NCBI GenBank assembly: GCA_017307785.1
Contig: JAFKGI010000028.1
Location: 22,752 to 86,751, forward strand
Length of the DNA stretch: 64,000 bases
DNA from: Vulcanimicrobiota bacterium
Lineage (GTDB): Bacteria; Vulcanimicrobiota; Xenobia; Xenobiales; JADMJV01
Reading direction: 5' to 3'
Shown: piece after piece, positions 17,569-26,269 of the stretch
Numbering within the stretch: position 1 is the first letter of the stretch
How the letters are laid out: every line of letters starts with the position of its first letter
Translations under genes and position numbers: made by a program
Notes under the pieces: generated by a model
What the model was told of the DNA's origin: nothing
Database searches by the model: none
The model's input: the letters and a program-made list of their open reading frames with translations, nothing else

Positions 17569-18068
17569 TCCTGCCGATACAATCCAGGAAAAGAACCGAC
17601 GCGCAAACCCAGGCGGTCTCTCCAACGCAGCTGCACATCGACGCTGTAGAGGCCCTCCATCGGTGAAGGCGGCGGACCCGGGTCGATGTAGGGCTGCACC
17701 ACAAATTTCACTTCAAACTGACGAGCCGACTCGCGAAACTGGGACGCTTCGGCAGCATCGGTGGTGAGCGTGAAGTCCGCCTCTTCAAAAGGCTTGACGA
17801 CTCCGTCCGGACCGTAAAGCGGCTGAAAAACTCCCGAGGTGTAGGCCGGATTGACCGCCCCCGCCAGATAAGCCGATTTGGGTCCCCCTCCCAGCATCAA
17901 TTCCAGAATCTTGCGCGCATAGGAGGTCGCTTCGGTGGACTGGGTGGTTCCTGCGGTGGCTTTCGTCGCATACGAAATGGCGCTCAAGGCAAAGATCACG
18001 CCGGTGGCCAGCAGCACCATGGCCACCAGGATCTCCACCACACTCAGCCCCAGACGACGAGACCTCAC
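17565..18068 (-). CDS. pseudopilin with prepilin-type N-terminal cleavage/methylation signal
   Basis: 167 aa (MRSRRLGLSVVEILVAMVLLATG; G|LSVVE with Glu5). GTGA overlap with the upstream gene. Confidence 0.8.
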   Translation of the reverse strand: MRSRRLGLSVVEILVAMVLLATGVIFALSAISYATKATAGTTQSTEATSYARKILELMLGGGPKSAYLAGAVNPAYTSGVFQPLYGPDGVVKPFEEADFTLTTDAAEASQFRESARQFEVKFVVQPYIDPGPPPSPMEGLYSVDVQLRWRDRLGLRVGSFPGLYRQE

Positions 18069-20479
18069 GGAGCCGTAATCCTATAAAAGGTCACGTCGAA
18101 GCGGCCGTCCGGAGGAAAAATAGGCGGCGGGCTGATGCTCAAGAAGTTGTCGTAGAGATAGCCGCTCGACCAGCCGCGGCCGCCCGTGATCAAGGGACCG
18201 ATGATTTTCTGCACCACGCCGCCTACGATCCGCACTTCACCCAGCGGCGGCGGCGAGAGGTTGGTCACGGCAAAACTGCCCTGGGCGGCGAAAAGCGAGG
18301 CGTAGAGATAGAGCGGGTGATCCGGGTCGGTGTGGCGGCTGATCAGATCGGCCCGGGCATCCAGGCTGATATTCGCGCCGATGACGCCCAGAGCGTGATC
18401 GCCCGTGCTGGGCAGGGCTGGCGGCAAGTTCTTGAATTGCAGGAGCTGGTCGGTGACGGTGACGTTGGCCAGGGCCGTCGGCTTGAGCCGGACGGGCGTC
18501 TCTGCATCGGCCGCAAAAATCGTCTTGGAGTCTCGGTTCACTCCCCTCAAAGAGTCGACTCGACCGTAGACGCCGACCACGCCACCCGGCACTCCGTCCA
18601 CCAGCTTGTAACTGAAAGTCCGACCCGTTTCGCGATCCTGATTCACCACCAGCGACTTCCCGCGAGGAATGAGGACATCGAGCGTATCGGTAGTGCCGCT
18701 GAAAATCGGAAACTGGTCCTGGGACGGCTGGTCCGACTGGCGGCGCGCCAAGAAATAGTTGACCGGGAAGCGCACCGGGCCGTCCACAGCCGAGACCACC
18801 GCGTCCTGGGGAGCGTAATGATGGGTCACGTCCTCGATGCCGGAGGTCGAGGAAAGAACCGGGTGGGGGCCGTCGCCGTCCACGGTCGTCACTTGCACAT
18901 ACTGCGTGCGCACCTCGGTCTTGGGCACGTCGATGGTGACGGTGGTAGCCGCGTAGAGGGGGATGACCACCGCGCCGCCGCTGCCCGCGTTAGCCGGACC
19001 CGCTCCACCGCCGCCGGGAGGGTCCGAGATGGTGGTGGAGCCGGTCTGCACGTAACGCATGACCTCGGCCGGCTCCGTCCCTACTGTTACCGTGTACTGG
19101 CCGGGAGAATAGCCCGGTTGCGGGGTGTCGGAAACCAGCGTGGTCTCCATGGTGTAGGGTCCGGTCTCGATGTTGGTCACTTCCCGGGTCACCGACTCCT
19201 GGGTGATATAGGTGACCTCTTTGAGCTGCTGCATCTGAACGACCTGATGACCCTCAGCAGCGCTGCCGGTGACCTGCAGCGAATCGTTGAAAACAGTCGA
19301 CCTACCGGTTCCGTCCACGACATCCAGTCGCAGCTCTCGCAACGCGCCGGTGGAGACAATGCCCAGATCGGTGGTGTTCACGAAGACGACATTCTTGGGC
19401 GCCGATTCCACCTCGACCTCTCGGCCCGCTTCGGAGCCCCAGGCGGCCGCCGCCAACCGCGACCAATCGCTGGGCAGCTCCAGCCGGGACGTGCGCTGAA
19501 TAGCGCCCTGTCCCTGGCGAAAGAGCCGTTTGTAACGGCTTTCCACGCCTCGATAGGGCTGTTCACTGCCGGTGTAGGGCCGAAAGTCGGAGGAAGACCC
19601 CCGGAAGTTGCCCCCCAGGTAGGCGACCCCGTCGTGGCTGTCGGGCGCTTTGGGCGGCGGCAGCAGATCGCCCGCAAAGGAGAGTTCCGCCGCGAAGGGA
19701 GCCGGAAAGCCCGTCTGCTCCCAGAAAGACTGCCCGCCGGCGACCTCGATGACGGGTGTATCGTTGGAATGCACCGGGCCGGCAAAAATCGGCGTGGGCA
19801 GCGAGTTCTTCACGCGAAAAGCGGTGGTGTTGGCTCCCTCATCCTTCCAGCGGTCCACAAAGTAGGCATAGCGGGCATAGGTGCGTTCCACCATCGAGCT
19901 TTCCGCCCGCAGTACGTAATTCTCGCCGGAGGAAGTATCGCAAACGCCGTTGTCATTGATGTCTCGAAAGGCCACCGAAACGATGGTGTAGCAGGGAGGC
20001 AGACGACCCGCCTTGCCGCCTAAAAAGGGATGGGGACTGGTGTTCTTGTCAGGGAAAACCCAGACTTCCGCCTTCCAATCTTCGCCTAACCGAATTCGCC
20101 CGGGACGGCTGTGCAGGGCGGGAATATTGGCGGGAAAGTAGGTGTCGAGCTTCTGGCCGTTGTCGATGGCCGGAAGCAGCCGCAGGGGAGACTGGTCAGG
20201 CCGACTGACCTGGATCACTTCGTAGGGGTCGGCGGGGCCCGTTCTCAAGAAAGGATCGGTTTCCCCCGCGCCCCCGGTGCGCACTCGACGCAAGTAGGAG
20301 AGAGCGTGCTTGACCCCTCCGGTGCAGGCGTAATAAGCGAAGGTCTCGCGGCGATGGTCACCGGTCCAGCGAACTTCTTGAGGAACCAGGCGAAACAAGG
20401 AAGCGATCAGCAAAATGATCACCACCATGATGAAAAACACCGCCGCCAGAACAAATCCCCTGTATCGTCTAGGCTTCAT
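18065..20479 (-). CDS. large (804 aa) GspK/PilX-like minor-pilin/tip protein candidate
   Basis: The N-terminal anchor MKPRRYRGFVLAAVFFIMVVIILLIASLF resembles PilX_N/GspK and lacks Glu5. It sits between the platform protein and the pseudopilins. I could not assign the remainder of the protein. Confidence 0.6.
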   Translation of the reverse strand: MKPRRYRGFVLAAVFFIMVVIILLIASLFRLVPQEVRWTGDHRRETFAYYACTGGVKHALSYLRRVRTGGAGETDPFLRTGPADPYEVIQVSRPDQSPLRLLPAIDNGQKLDTYFPANIPALHSRPGRIRLGEDWKAEVWVFPDKNTSPHPFLGGKAGRLPPCYTIVSVAFRDINDNGVCDTSSGENYVLRAESSMVERTYARYAYFVDRWKDEGANTTAFRVKNSLPTPIFAGPVHSNDTPVIEVAGGQSFWEQTGFPAPFAAELSFAGDLLPPPKAPDSHDGVAYLGGNFRGSSSDFRPYTGSEQPYRGVESRYKRLFRQGQGAIQRTSRLELPSDWSRLAAAAWGSEAGREVEVESAPKNVVFVNTTDLGIVSTGALRELRLDVVDGTGRSTVFNDSLQVTGSAAEGHQVVQMQQLKEVTYITQESVTREVTNIETGPYTMETTLVSDTPQPGYSPGQYTVTVGTEPAEVMRYVQTGSTTISDPPGGGGAGPANAGSGGAVVIPLYAATTVTIDVPKTEVRTQYVQVTTVDGDGPHPVLSSTSGIEDVTHHYAPQDAVVSAVDGPVRFPVNYFLARRQSDQPSQDQFPIFSGTTDTLDVLIPRGKSLVVNQDRETGRTFSYKLVDGVPGGVVGVYGRVDSLRGVNRDSKTIFAADAETPVRLKPTALANVTVTDQLLQFKNLPPALPSTGDHALGVIGANISLDARADLISRHTDPDHPLYLYASLFAAQGSFAVTNLSPPPLGEVRIVGGVVQKIIGPLITGGRGWSSGYLYDNFLSISPPPIFPPDGRFDVTFYRITAP

Positions 20480-20482
20480 GGT

Positions 20483-21703
20483 TCACACCCCGTTCAGCAT
20501 CTGGTAGAGCGGCAGAAACATCGCGATCACAATGTAACCCACGATTCCTCCCATCACGCCGATCATCAACGGCTCCAACGCAGACATGAGAGTATTCAAG
20601 AGCAAATCAATCTCTTCCTCGAGCATCTCGGCCAGATGCTTATAGGACAGACTCAATTGCCCGGTTTCTTCTCCCAGTTCGGTAAAGCCGACCACGATGG
20701 CGGGAAAGGCCTCGCTGTGCCGCAAAAGGTCAGAAAAGGACTCCCCCTCCTCCACTCCGGCCACAATCTTGTCGATGGCTCGAGACATCTCGTAGTCGGC
20801 CAGCACCATATCGGTCAGCTCAAGGCTGTGGACCAGACCGATGCCACAAGCGCTGAGCGCCCCCATCGTGCGACTGAAGCGAGCCGCGCTGGCAGCCCGC
20901 AGCACCTGACTGACTCCGGGAATGCGCCGCAAAATCCACTGCAGCCGATAGCGTCCGCCCGCAGTCCGGAAATAGTGAGCAGAAAACAGCAGCGAGAGGA
21001 CCAGGGCGGGTAGCAAGATGTGGTAAAACCAGGCGGAATTCAGCAGATTGCCCACCAGCACGACGCTCTTGGTGATCCATGGCAGATCGGTGCCGGTTTC
21101 TTTGAAGACTCCGTTGATCAGCGTGGGCAGCACCTTTTGCGTCAGCAGCAACACCGCCAGACAGCAAATGAGAAACACGAAGGCGGGATACACCAGGGCC
21201 GAGCTCAGCTTCTGACGCAGGCGCAGCTCTCGTTCCAGATGGTCGGCCAGAGAATTGAGGTTGGCGACCAGGCCCCCGCTGCTCTCGCCCGCCTTGACCA
21301 GGCCGATAAAGACCGGCGAAAAAACGAGCGGATGGCGCCCCATGGCGCGGCTCAGAGAAAACCCCTTACTGACGCGATCGGACAAATCGGTCCAGGCCAG
21401 ATTGAGGCGCGGACCATAGTCGGCCATCTGCAGAACGTCCAACGAGCGCACCACATCGATGCCCGAATTCAGCATCACCGCCAATTGCCGGGTGGCCAGC
21501 GCCAGATCGAGCAGCCTGGGCGGGGCCAACAAGCGCAGCCGCGTCACCCAGGAGCTCAAATCGCGTTCCGGTCGTAATTGAGCCCATTCGAGACCGCGCT
21601 TGGACAGAATCAGGCGAGCGTCGTGTTCGTTGGCAGCTTCCACCGTACCGCTGACCAGCGACCCCCGCTCGACACTCTGAGCCGAATAAAAATACCGTTT
21701 CAA
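20483..21703 (-). CDS. type II secretion / type IV pilus platform protein (GspF/PilC family)
   Basis: 406 aa with two T2SSF-like repeats (LATRQLAVMLNSGIDVVRSL ...; FSRTMGALSACGIGLVHSL ...) and three TM segments. The TTG start overlaps the upstream stop (TTGA). Confidence 0.9.
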   Translation of the reverse strand: MKRYFYSAQSVERGSLVSGTVEAANEHDARLILSKRGLEWAQLRPERDLSSWVTRLRLLAPPRLLDLALATRQLAVMLNSGIDVVRSLDVLQMADYGPRLNLAWTDLSDRVSKGFSLSRAMGRHPLVFSPVFIGLVKAGESSGGLVANLNSLADHLERELRLRQKLSSALVYPAFVFLICCLAVLLLTQKVLPTLINGVFKETGTDLPWITKSVVLVGNLLNSAWFYHILLPALVLSLLFSAHYFRTAGGRYRLQWILRRIPGVSQVLRAASAARFSRTMGALSACGIGLVHSLELTDMVLADYEMSRAIDKIVAGVEEGESFSDLLRHSEAFPAIVVGFTELGEETGQLSLSYKHLAEMLEEEIDLLLNTLMSALEPLMIGVMGGIVGYIVIAMFLPLYQMLNGV

Positions 21704-22590
21704 CCAGTAAGCCCTCGGTAAAGCTCCTGCACTTTGACGCTCAACTCGGCCTGGCGCCTCGGCTCCGACCTCACCAGCAGCAACTGCACCAGCTCTTCCA
21801 GGCCAATCTCACCGGCCTGCACCTTGTCGACCACCGTGCCGAAGCCGGGCCTGGACACCTGGCCGGGTTGACGCGCGGCGGCACTGGCAACGTGTCCAGT
21901 CTTCTCGTAGTAACCGATGCGTTCGAAGATCTTGCGATAGGCGGCGCCCACCGACTGGACCGCCGCTTCGGTGGGCTGCTCGGTCAACCGAGCCGACATT
22001 TGCTCCAAACGCTCCAGCTGATCCCAGGTGTCCAGAGCCGCCGACTTGCTGATGGACTTGGAGCGCAAAGCCACAAAAAACCCCTGCAGCACCTTCTGCT
22101 TCTCCTGCTCGAGCAAGACCACCAACTGGGCCACTCGGCGGGTGTTGCTTTTTTCCATGAGACGCAACGGAGCCGACAGAAGATTGCGTAGCCCGAGCAG
22201 CGGAGCCAGAATGCCGTTGCGTCGATGAAGAGTGCGACGGACCACGTCCAGCATGGCCGGCACGCGGAAAGGCTTGTGCACATAGTCGTCCACCTGCAGT
22301 TCGATGGCCCGGCGCGGGCAGTCATCGCTGGCATAGCCCGTGATCATGACCACTTTGACCTTGGGCTGATACTTCTTGATGGCCGCAATGGCGCCTAATC
22401 CATCGGTGGGTCCGGCCATGCGAATGTCAGAAATCACCAGCTCGAAGGGAATCTTCGAGGACATTTCCACGGCCAATTCCGGCCGGCCGGCACCGCGCGC
22501 TTCATAGCCGGCGCCTTCCAACGCTTCGCACAGCAATTCCAGCATGATGGAATCGTCTTCCAAAACGAGAATGCGCGCAGCGGAACTCAT
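21700..22590 (-). CDS. response-regulator receiver protein with unassigned C-terminal domain
   Basis: 296 aa. REC signature: ILVLEDD, phospho-acceptor in ELVISDIRMAG, and VVMITGY...K. The ~170-aa C-terminal region has no motif I recognise. Confidence 0.85.
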   Translation of the reverse strand: MSSAARILVLEDDSIMLELLCEALEGAGYEARGAGRPELAVEMSSKIPFELVISDIRMAGPTDGLGAIAAIKKYQPKVKVVMITGYASDDCPRRAIELQVDDYVHKPFRVPAMLDVVRRTLHRRNGILAPLLGLRNLLSAPLRLMEKSNTRRVAQLVVLLEQEKQKVLQGFFVALRSKSISKSAALDTWDQLERLEQMSARLTEQPTEAAVQSVGAAYRKIFERIGYYEKTGHVASAAARQPGQVSRPGFGTVVDKVQAGEIGLEELVQLLLVRSEPRRQAELSVKVQELYRGLTG

Positions 22591-22628
22591 GGGCGGATGC
22601 TCTTCACCGCCCTTGTTCTACGAGCCTT

Positions 22629-24839
22629 TTAGATGGAGAGCTTGGCTCTGTGATAAAGCGACAACAATTCGATGCTGGGCTCCATCTCCAGTTCCGTCTT
22701 GAGCACGCGTTGACCGCGTTCGAAGAGGCGCACCGCCTGCTCGGGCCGGCCACTGGCCAGATAGGCCTGCATGCCCAGGCGGTAAGCCTCCTGGTTACAG
22801 CGATCCAGCTGCAGAATGCGAGTGGAGCACTCCAGCACCTGGTCGTGATTTTGACTCTCTTCCGCCAACTGGCAAAGCCGATTGAGCGACTCGAGCACCG
22901 ACTGCTCCAGGCCGCTGCGCGTGCTCACGGCCCATTCCAGATAGCAAGCTTCCAGGAAGGGCCCGGTGTAGAGCTCCACCACCTTGGTCAAATGCAGCCG
23001 CTCGAAAGGCTCCCCCTTGGACTGGCGAGCACGCTGCACGGCGTCCTGCAAATCGCGGGCATCCAGCACCACCTTGCACTCGGGATGAATGCGCGTGCCT
23101 TTGCCCTCGCGCACGATGTATTCAAAACCGTCACCGGCTTCGCCGCCGCGCAAGGCCGAGCGCAGAGTAGCGCGCAGGGCGTTCAGGTTGGCTTTGTTGG
23201 CGTGCTCCTGGCCGGGCCAGAGCTCCTCGATGAGAACTTCATCGGTGTAGCTGCGCTGCGGATCCAAGGCCAGGCGGAAGAGCAGCAGCTTGGCCTTCTG
23301 GTTGCGCTTCCAGGCCGGCTCGGCCAGGGGCCGTCCATCCACGAAGAACTCCATCTTACCCAGGCCGAACAGGCGCAGACTGTGACCGGTCGGCAAGGTG
23401 GCCAGCTCGGCCGCCGGCTCGCTGCCGGACTCCTGGTAGCCCATAGCTTTGAGAAACTCGGCGTCGCTGTTACGCTGACACAGTTCCTTGACCAACGGCT
23501 GCACCTTGGGATCACGTAGAAAGCGCTGGGCTCGTCCGGGCGAACTGGAGACCAGCGCGGTCAGCAGCGGATAAATTTCCTGGGCGCCGCGAGCGGCCTG
23601 GGAGTGCACCAGGGCCGGCAACAGCCAGTAGCCCTGTTCCACCAGATCACGCGGGGTCAAGGCCAGGTGAGCTTCGCGCAGGCTCGCTCCCAGCGGAACG
23701 GCTTCGAAGAATAAAGATTCGGCCAGGGCCGCCAGACTGACGCGGGTGGACATCCCCAGGCCGTCGCAAATTTTCTTGCCCTCGGCCAGCCAGCCGCGAG
23801 CTTCCTCGGCCTTGACGAGAGCCAGCAGAATACCGGCTTCCACCACCACTTCGGCCTGCGCCATGGGGCCCACCGAGCGAGCCAGGGTGTAGGCCTGACG
23901 GGCCAGATCGCGCGCCTGCTCGGCTTTGCCGGACTTCCAGGCCACCCGGCCCGCGCCCAGCGAAGCCAGCACGGCTTCGCGATTGACGCCCGACTGGGAA
24001 AGCTCGGCCAGAGCCACCGAAGCGTTCTCCCAGTCGCCGGCTGCCTCCAAAGAAAGCGCCACATGCAGCATGCCGCGACGCGAAGCGTAGTCATCCGAAG
24101 CTTCCCGTGCTTGTTCCGGAGCCACACTCGACTGAGCCAGCCGCTGGGCGGCCTCCATCACCTGACGGGCTTCAGGATTGACGTTGGCCTCGACGCCCAA
24201 CTCCAGCAGCGCCTTCACGGAATCCGGCAGGCTGGAGCTGACGAAAGCGGGGAGCGCGTCGGGAGCGGTTTTGTTCAGGGCGAACAAGATGGTGGCCAGA
24301 CTCAGCGACTCGACTTCTTCTTCGGGCAAGCCCAACTGGCGACCGAGCGTAATGGCCCACTTGCCCGACTCCTGCACCCAGGAGGCCCGCGTCAGGCGGC
24401 TTTCGCCCAAAAACATCTTGAGCGCCCACATCAAGGTGGCGCGTAGAGCGCGTTCGCGTGCGCGCTCGCGCTCGTCCACCTTGGTCCGTTCCAATTGGCG
24501 TTTGACCGCCTGGAGTAGCTCGGAAAGACGGAAAGGCTTCTTCAGATACTCGCCCACGCCGATTTGCATCGCCTTCAGCGTTTCCGCTTCCGAAGCGTAG
24601 CCGGTCACGACGATGCTCTTGGTATCGGGATTGAGGGCCTTGACTTCTTCCAGGGCCTGCAGACCGTCAGTGCCGGGCATGCGAATGTCGGTAACGACCA
24701 GATCGAACGACTGCTGACGAGCCTTCTGCAGTGCGTCCTCGCCGTTGCGGGCGGTGACCACTTCATACTCGTACTCGGTCAGTGCCTCACGGAACACCTC
24801 CAGAGCCGTTTCATCGTCTTCCACTAACAAGATTCGCAC
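22629..24839 (-). CDS. response regulator with central helical-repeat region and C-terminal SARP-type (winged-helix + BTAD) output
   Basis: 736 aa from GTG 24839, with SD GGAGGG 6 nt upstream. REC signature: ILLVEDDE, DLVVTDIRMPG, VVTGY. The C-terminus has an OmpR-like wHTH (LRLFGLGKMEFFVDGRPL...WKRNQKAKLLLFRLAL) followed by a BTAD-like helical domain (QEAYRLGMQAYLASGRPEQAVRLFERGQRVLKTELEMEPS). The 908-aa ORF extension is spurious. Confidence 0.8.
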   Translation of the reverse strand: MRILLVEDDETALEVFREALTEYEYEVVTARNGEDALQKARQQSFDLVVTDIRMPGTDGLQALEEVKALNPDTKSIVVTGYASEAETLKAMQIGVGEYLKKPFRLSELLQAVKRQLERTKVDERERARERALRATLMWALKMFLGESRLTRASWVQESGKWAITLGRQLGLPEEEVESLSLATILFALNKTAPDALPAFVSSSLPDSVKALLELGVEANVNPEARQVMEAAQRLAQSSVAPEQAREASDDYASRRGMLHVALSLEAAGDWENASVALAELSQSGVNREAVLASLGAGRVAWKSGKAEQARDLARQAYTLARSVGPMAQAEVVVEAGILLALVKAEEARGWLAEGKKICDGLGMSTRVSLAALAESLFFEAVPLGASLREAHLALTPRDLVEQGYWLLPALVHSQAARGAQEIYPLLTALVSSSPGRAQRFLRDPKVQPLVKELCQRNSDAEFLKAMGYQESGSEPAAELATLPTGHSLRLFGLGKMEFFVDGRPLAEPAWKRNQKAKLLLFRLALDPQRSYTDEVLIEELWPGQEHANKANLNALRATLRSALRGGEAGDGFEYIVREGKGTRIHPECKVVLDARDLQDAVQRARQSKGEPFERLHLTKVVELYTGPFLEACYLEWAVSTRSGLEQSVLESLNRLCQLAEESQNHDQVLECSTRILQLDRCNQEAYRLGMQAYLASGRPEQAVRLFERGQRVLKTELEMEPSIELLSLYHRAKLSI

Positions 24840-24923
24840 GACAGACCCTCCAAAGCAGTCCGCGTTCGCCCCTGCCCCCTTCGGCCCCTTGAGGGAGGCT
24901 GTGCAGGAGGGTGCTCCCCTGAC

Positions 24924-24952
24924 TTGAAAAAGTACCCCCGAATTCGTAAGTC
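24924..24952 (+). promoter_or_regulatory. putative sigma70-type promoter for the 24972 gene
   Basis: TTGAAA (24924-24929), a 17-nt spacer, then TAAGTC (24947-24952), in the divergent intergenic region. Confidence 0.3.
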
Positions 24953-24971
24953 TTGATTTTGTAGGAGTATC

Positions 24972-25418
24972 ATGAAAACTCGCTGGTTTCTCGCACTTTC
25001 GGCGGCCGCCGTGGCCTTGCTGATGAATCTGACGCCCGTCAACGCTCTCGGTGGCGCTGGCCAGGAACCGGACACCGCCGGTGAGACCGTGCGCAAAATC
25101 AAGATGCTGCCGCTCGAAGAAAAAGATACCCACACCTACGGTTGGGTTCGCATCAGCGCTGACGCGCTCACGCTGGGAGCCAACCACCTCTCGCCCGACA
25201 ACTTCTACACGGTGTACTTCGAGAACGGGGCCGACAAGCAGACTCTGGGCGAAGAACCGACCCTGCGCACCAGCGCCGTCGGCGAAGCCAAATACACCCT
25301 GCGTTTGACCGAGCCCCTGGGCGCCAAGTGGAGCAAAATCGTGCTCTACCAGCACACCGATGGCAAAGAGGACCTGAGCGGCGAAATGAAGCCGGTCATG
25401 GAGGCAAAATTACGCTAA
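24972..25418 (+). CDS. small secreted protein, unknown function
   Basis: 148 aa with signal peptide MKTRWFLALSAAAVALLMNLTPVNA. SD TAGGAG lies upstream. Confidence 0.7.
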   Translation: MKTRWFLALSAAAVALLMNLTPVNALGGAGQEPDTAGETVRKIKMLPLEEKDTHTYGWVRISADALTLGANHLSPDNFYTVYFENGADKQTLGEEPTLRTSAVGEAKYTLRLTEPLGAKWSKIVLYQHTDGKEDLSGEMKPVMEAKLR

Positions 25419-26269
25419 ACCCGGACTGGCAGACGGCACTCGACGAGGAAGAACGCAAAGAATACCAGCGCACCCAGGATTGGATCCAGGCTCCCGAAGG
25501 CTTGCTCGGTAAGAGCATGGGTCTGCTGGGCAAACCCGTGGACCTTGCCTACAAGCTCGTTCCCGAGGCCCTCAAAGAGCGCATCAGCCAGGCTCTTTAC
25601 CAGGTGCTTCTGCAAGTGCGCGATCATTCGCGCGACACGGTCCGCCGCCAGGCCCTCTACGACAGCATTTCGCAGAAAGTCGGTATCGACGTCAGCGACA
25701 GTCGGAACCTGGCCCGTCAGCCTCTGAAAGTGCTGGACCGGGCCGCTAACAAAGTGCTCTCGGCCCACCGCCAGCTGGCCGTGGTGCAGGGCGGTGTCAC
25801 CGGCGCCGCCGGCCTGCCCGGACTGGTGGCTGACGTCCCCTCTCTCTACTTCCTGGTCTTCCGTTGCGTCGAAGAGATCGCTTGCTGCTACGGCTTCCCG
25901 GCCGATTCCGAAGAGGAGCGAGACCTGGTACTCAAGGTCGTCGACATCGGTCACTTCCTGGAAAGCGGCAACAAGCGCAAAGGGATGCTGGAAATCGAGT
26001 CCATGGACGACATGCTGCGGCGTGGCGCTCCCGTGAAGGACCTGGAGCGCACGGTGGTGGCCAAGAGCCTGCAGACCCTATCGCGCCAGCTCAGCAGCCG
26101 CCTGGTGCAACGCAAGCTGGCTCAGACCTTGATGATCGTAGGAGCCGTGATCGGTGCCGGCGTCAATGCCGCGCTGGTCTCCGATGTCGGCACGACCGCC
26201 TTCCACGCTTACCGTCTGCGCCGCCTGCGCCAGACCGCCGAGCAGCGCCAGGAGCGTCAGACTCCCTGA
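25409..26269 (+). CDS. EcsC-family protein (start codon uncertain)
   Basis: EcsC-like body (...GKPVDLAYKLVPEALKERI..., GLPGLVADVPSLYFLVFRCVEEIACCYG, C-terminal TM). The longest ORF starts at GTG 25328, but its first 27 codons are R-rich and overlap the upstream gene by 91 nt. An in-frame ATT at 25409 follows a GGAGG (25400-25404). Confidence 0.65.
   Translation: MTLNPDWQTALDEEERKEYQRTQDWIQAPEGLLGKSMGLLGKPVDLAYKLVPEALKERISQALYQVLLQVRDHSRDTVRRQALYDSISQKVGIDVSDSRNLARQPLKVLDRAANKVLSAHRQLAVVQGGVTGAAGLPGLVADVPSLYFLVFRCVEEIACCYGFPADSEEERDLVLKVVDIGHFLESGNKRKGMLEIESMDDMLRRGAPVKDLERTVVAKSLQTLSRQLSSRLVQRKLAQTLMIVGAVIGAGVNAALVSDVGTTAFHAYRLRRLRQTAEQRQERQTP

Noticed and set aside
24840-25355. 5' extension of the 908-aa ORF over the REC-SARP gene. 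Similar extensions occur at 9905-10441, 11458-11673, 40511-40744, 46176-46484, 55345-55434 and 63755-63799.
   Set aside because: The extensions overlap neighbouring genes, have shadow-ORF composition, and end at internal starts with an SD and/or NTGA/TAATG coupling to the upstream stop.
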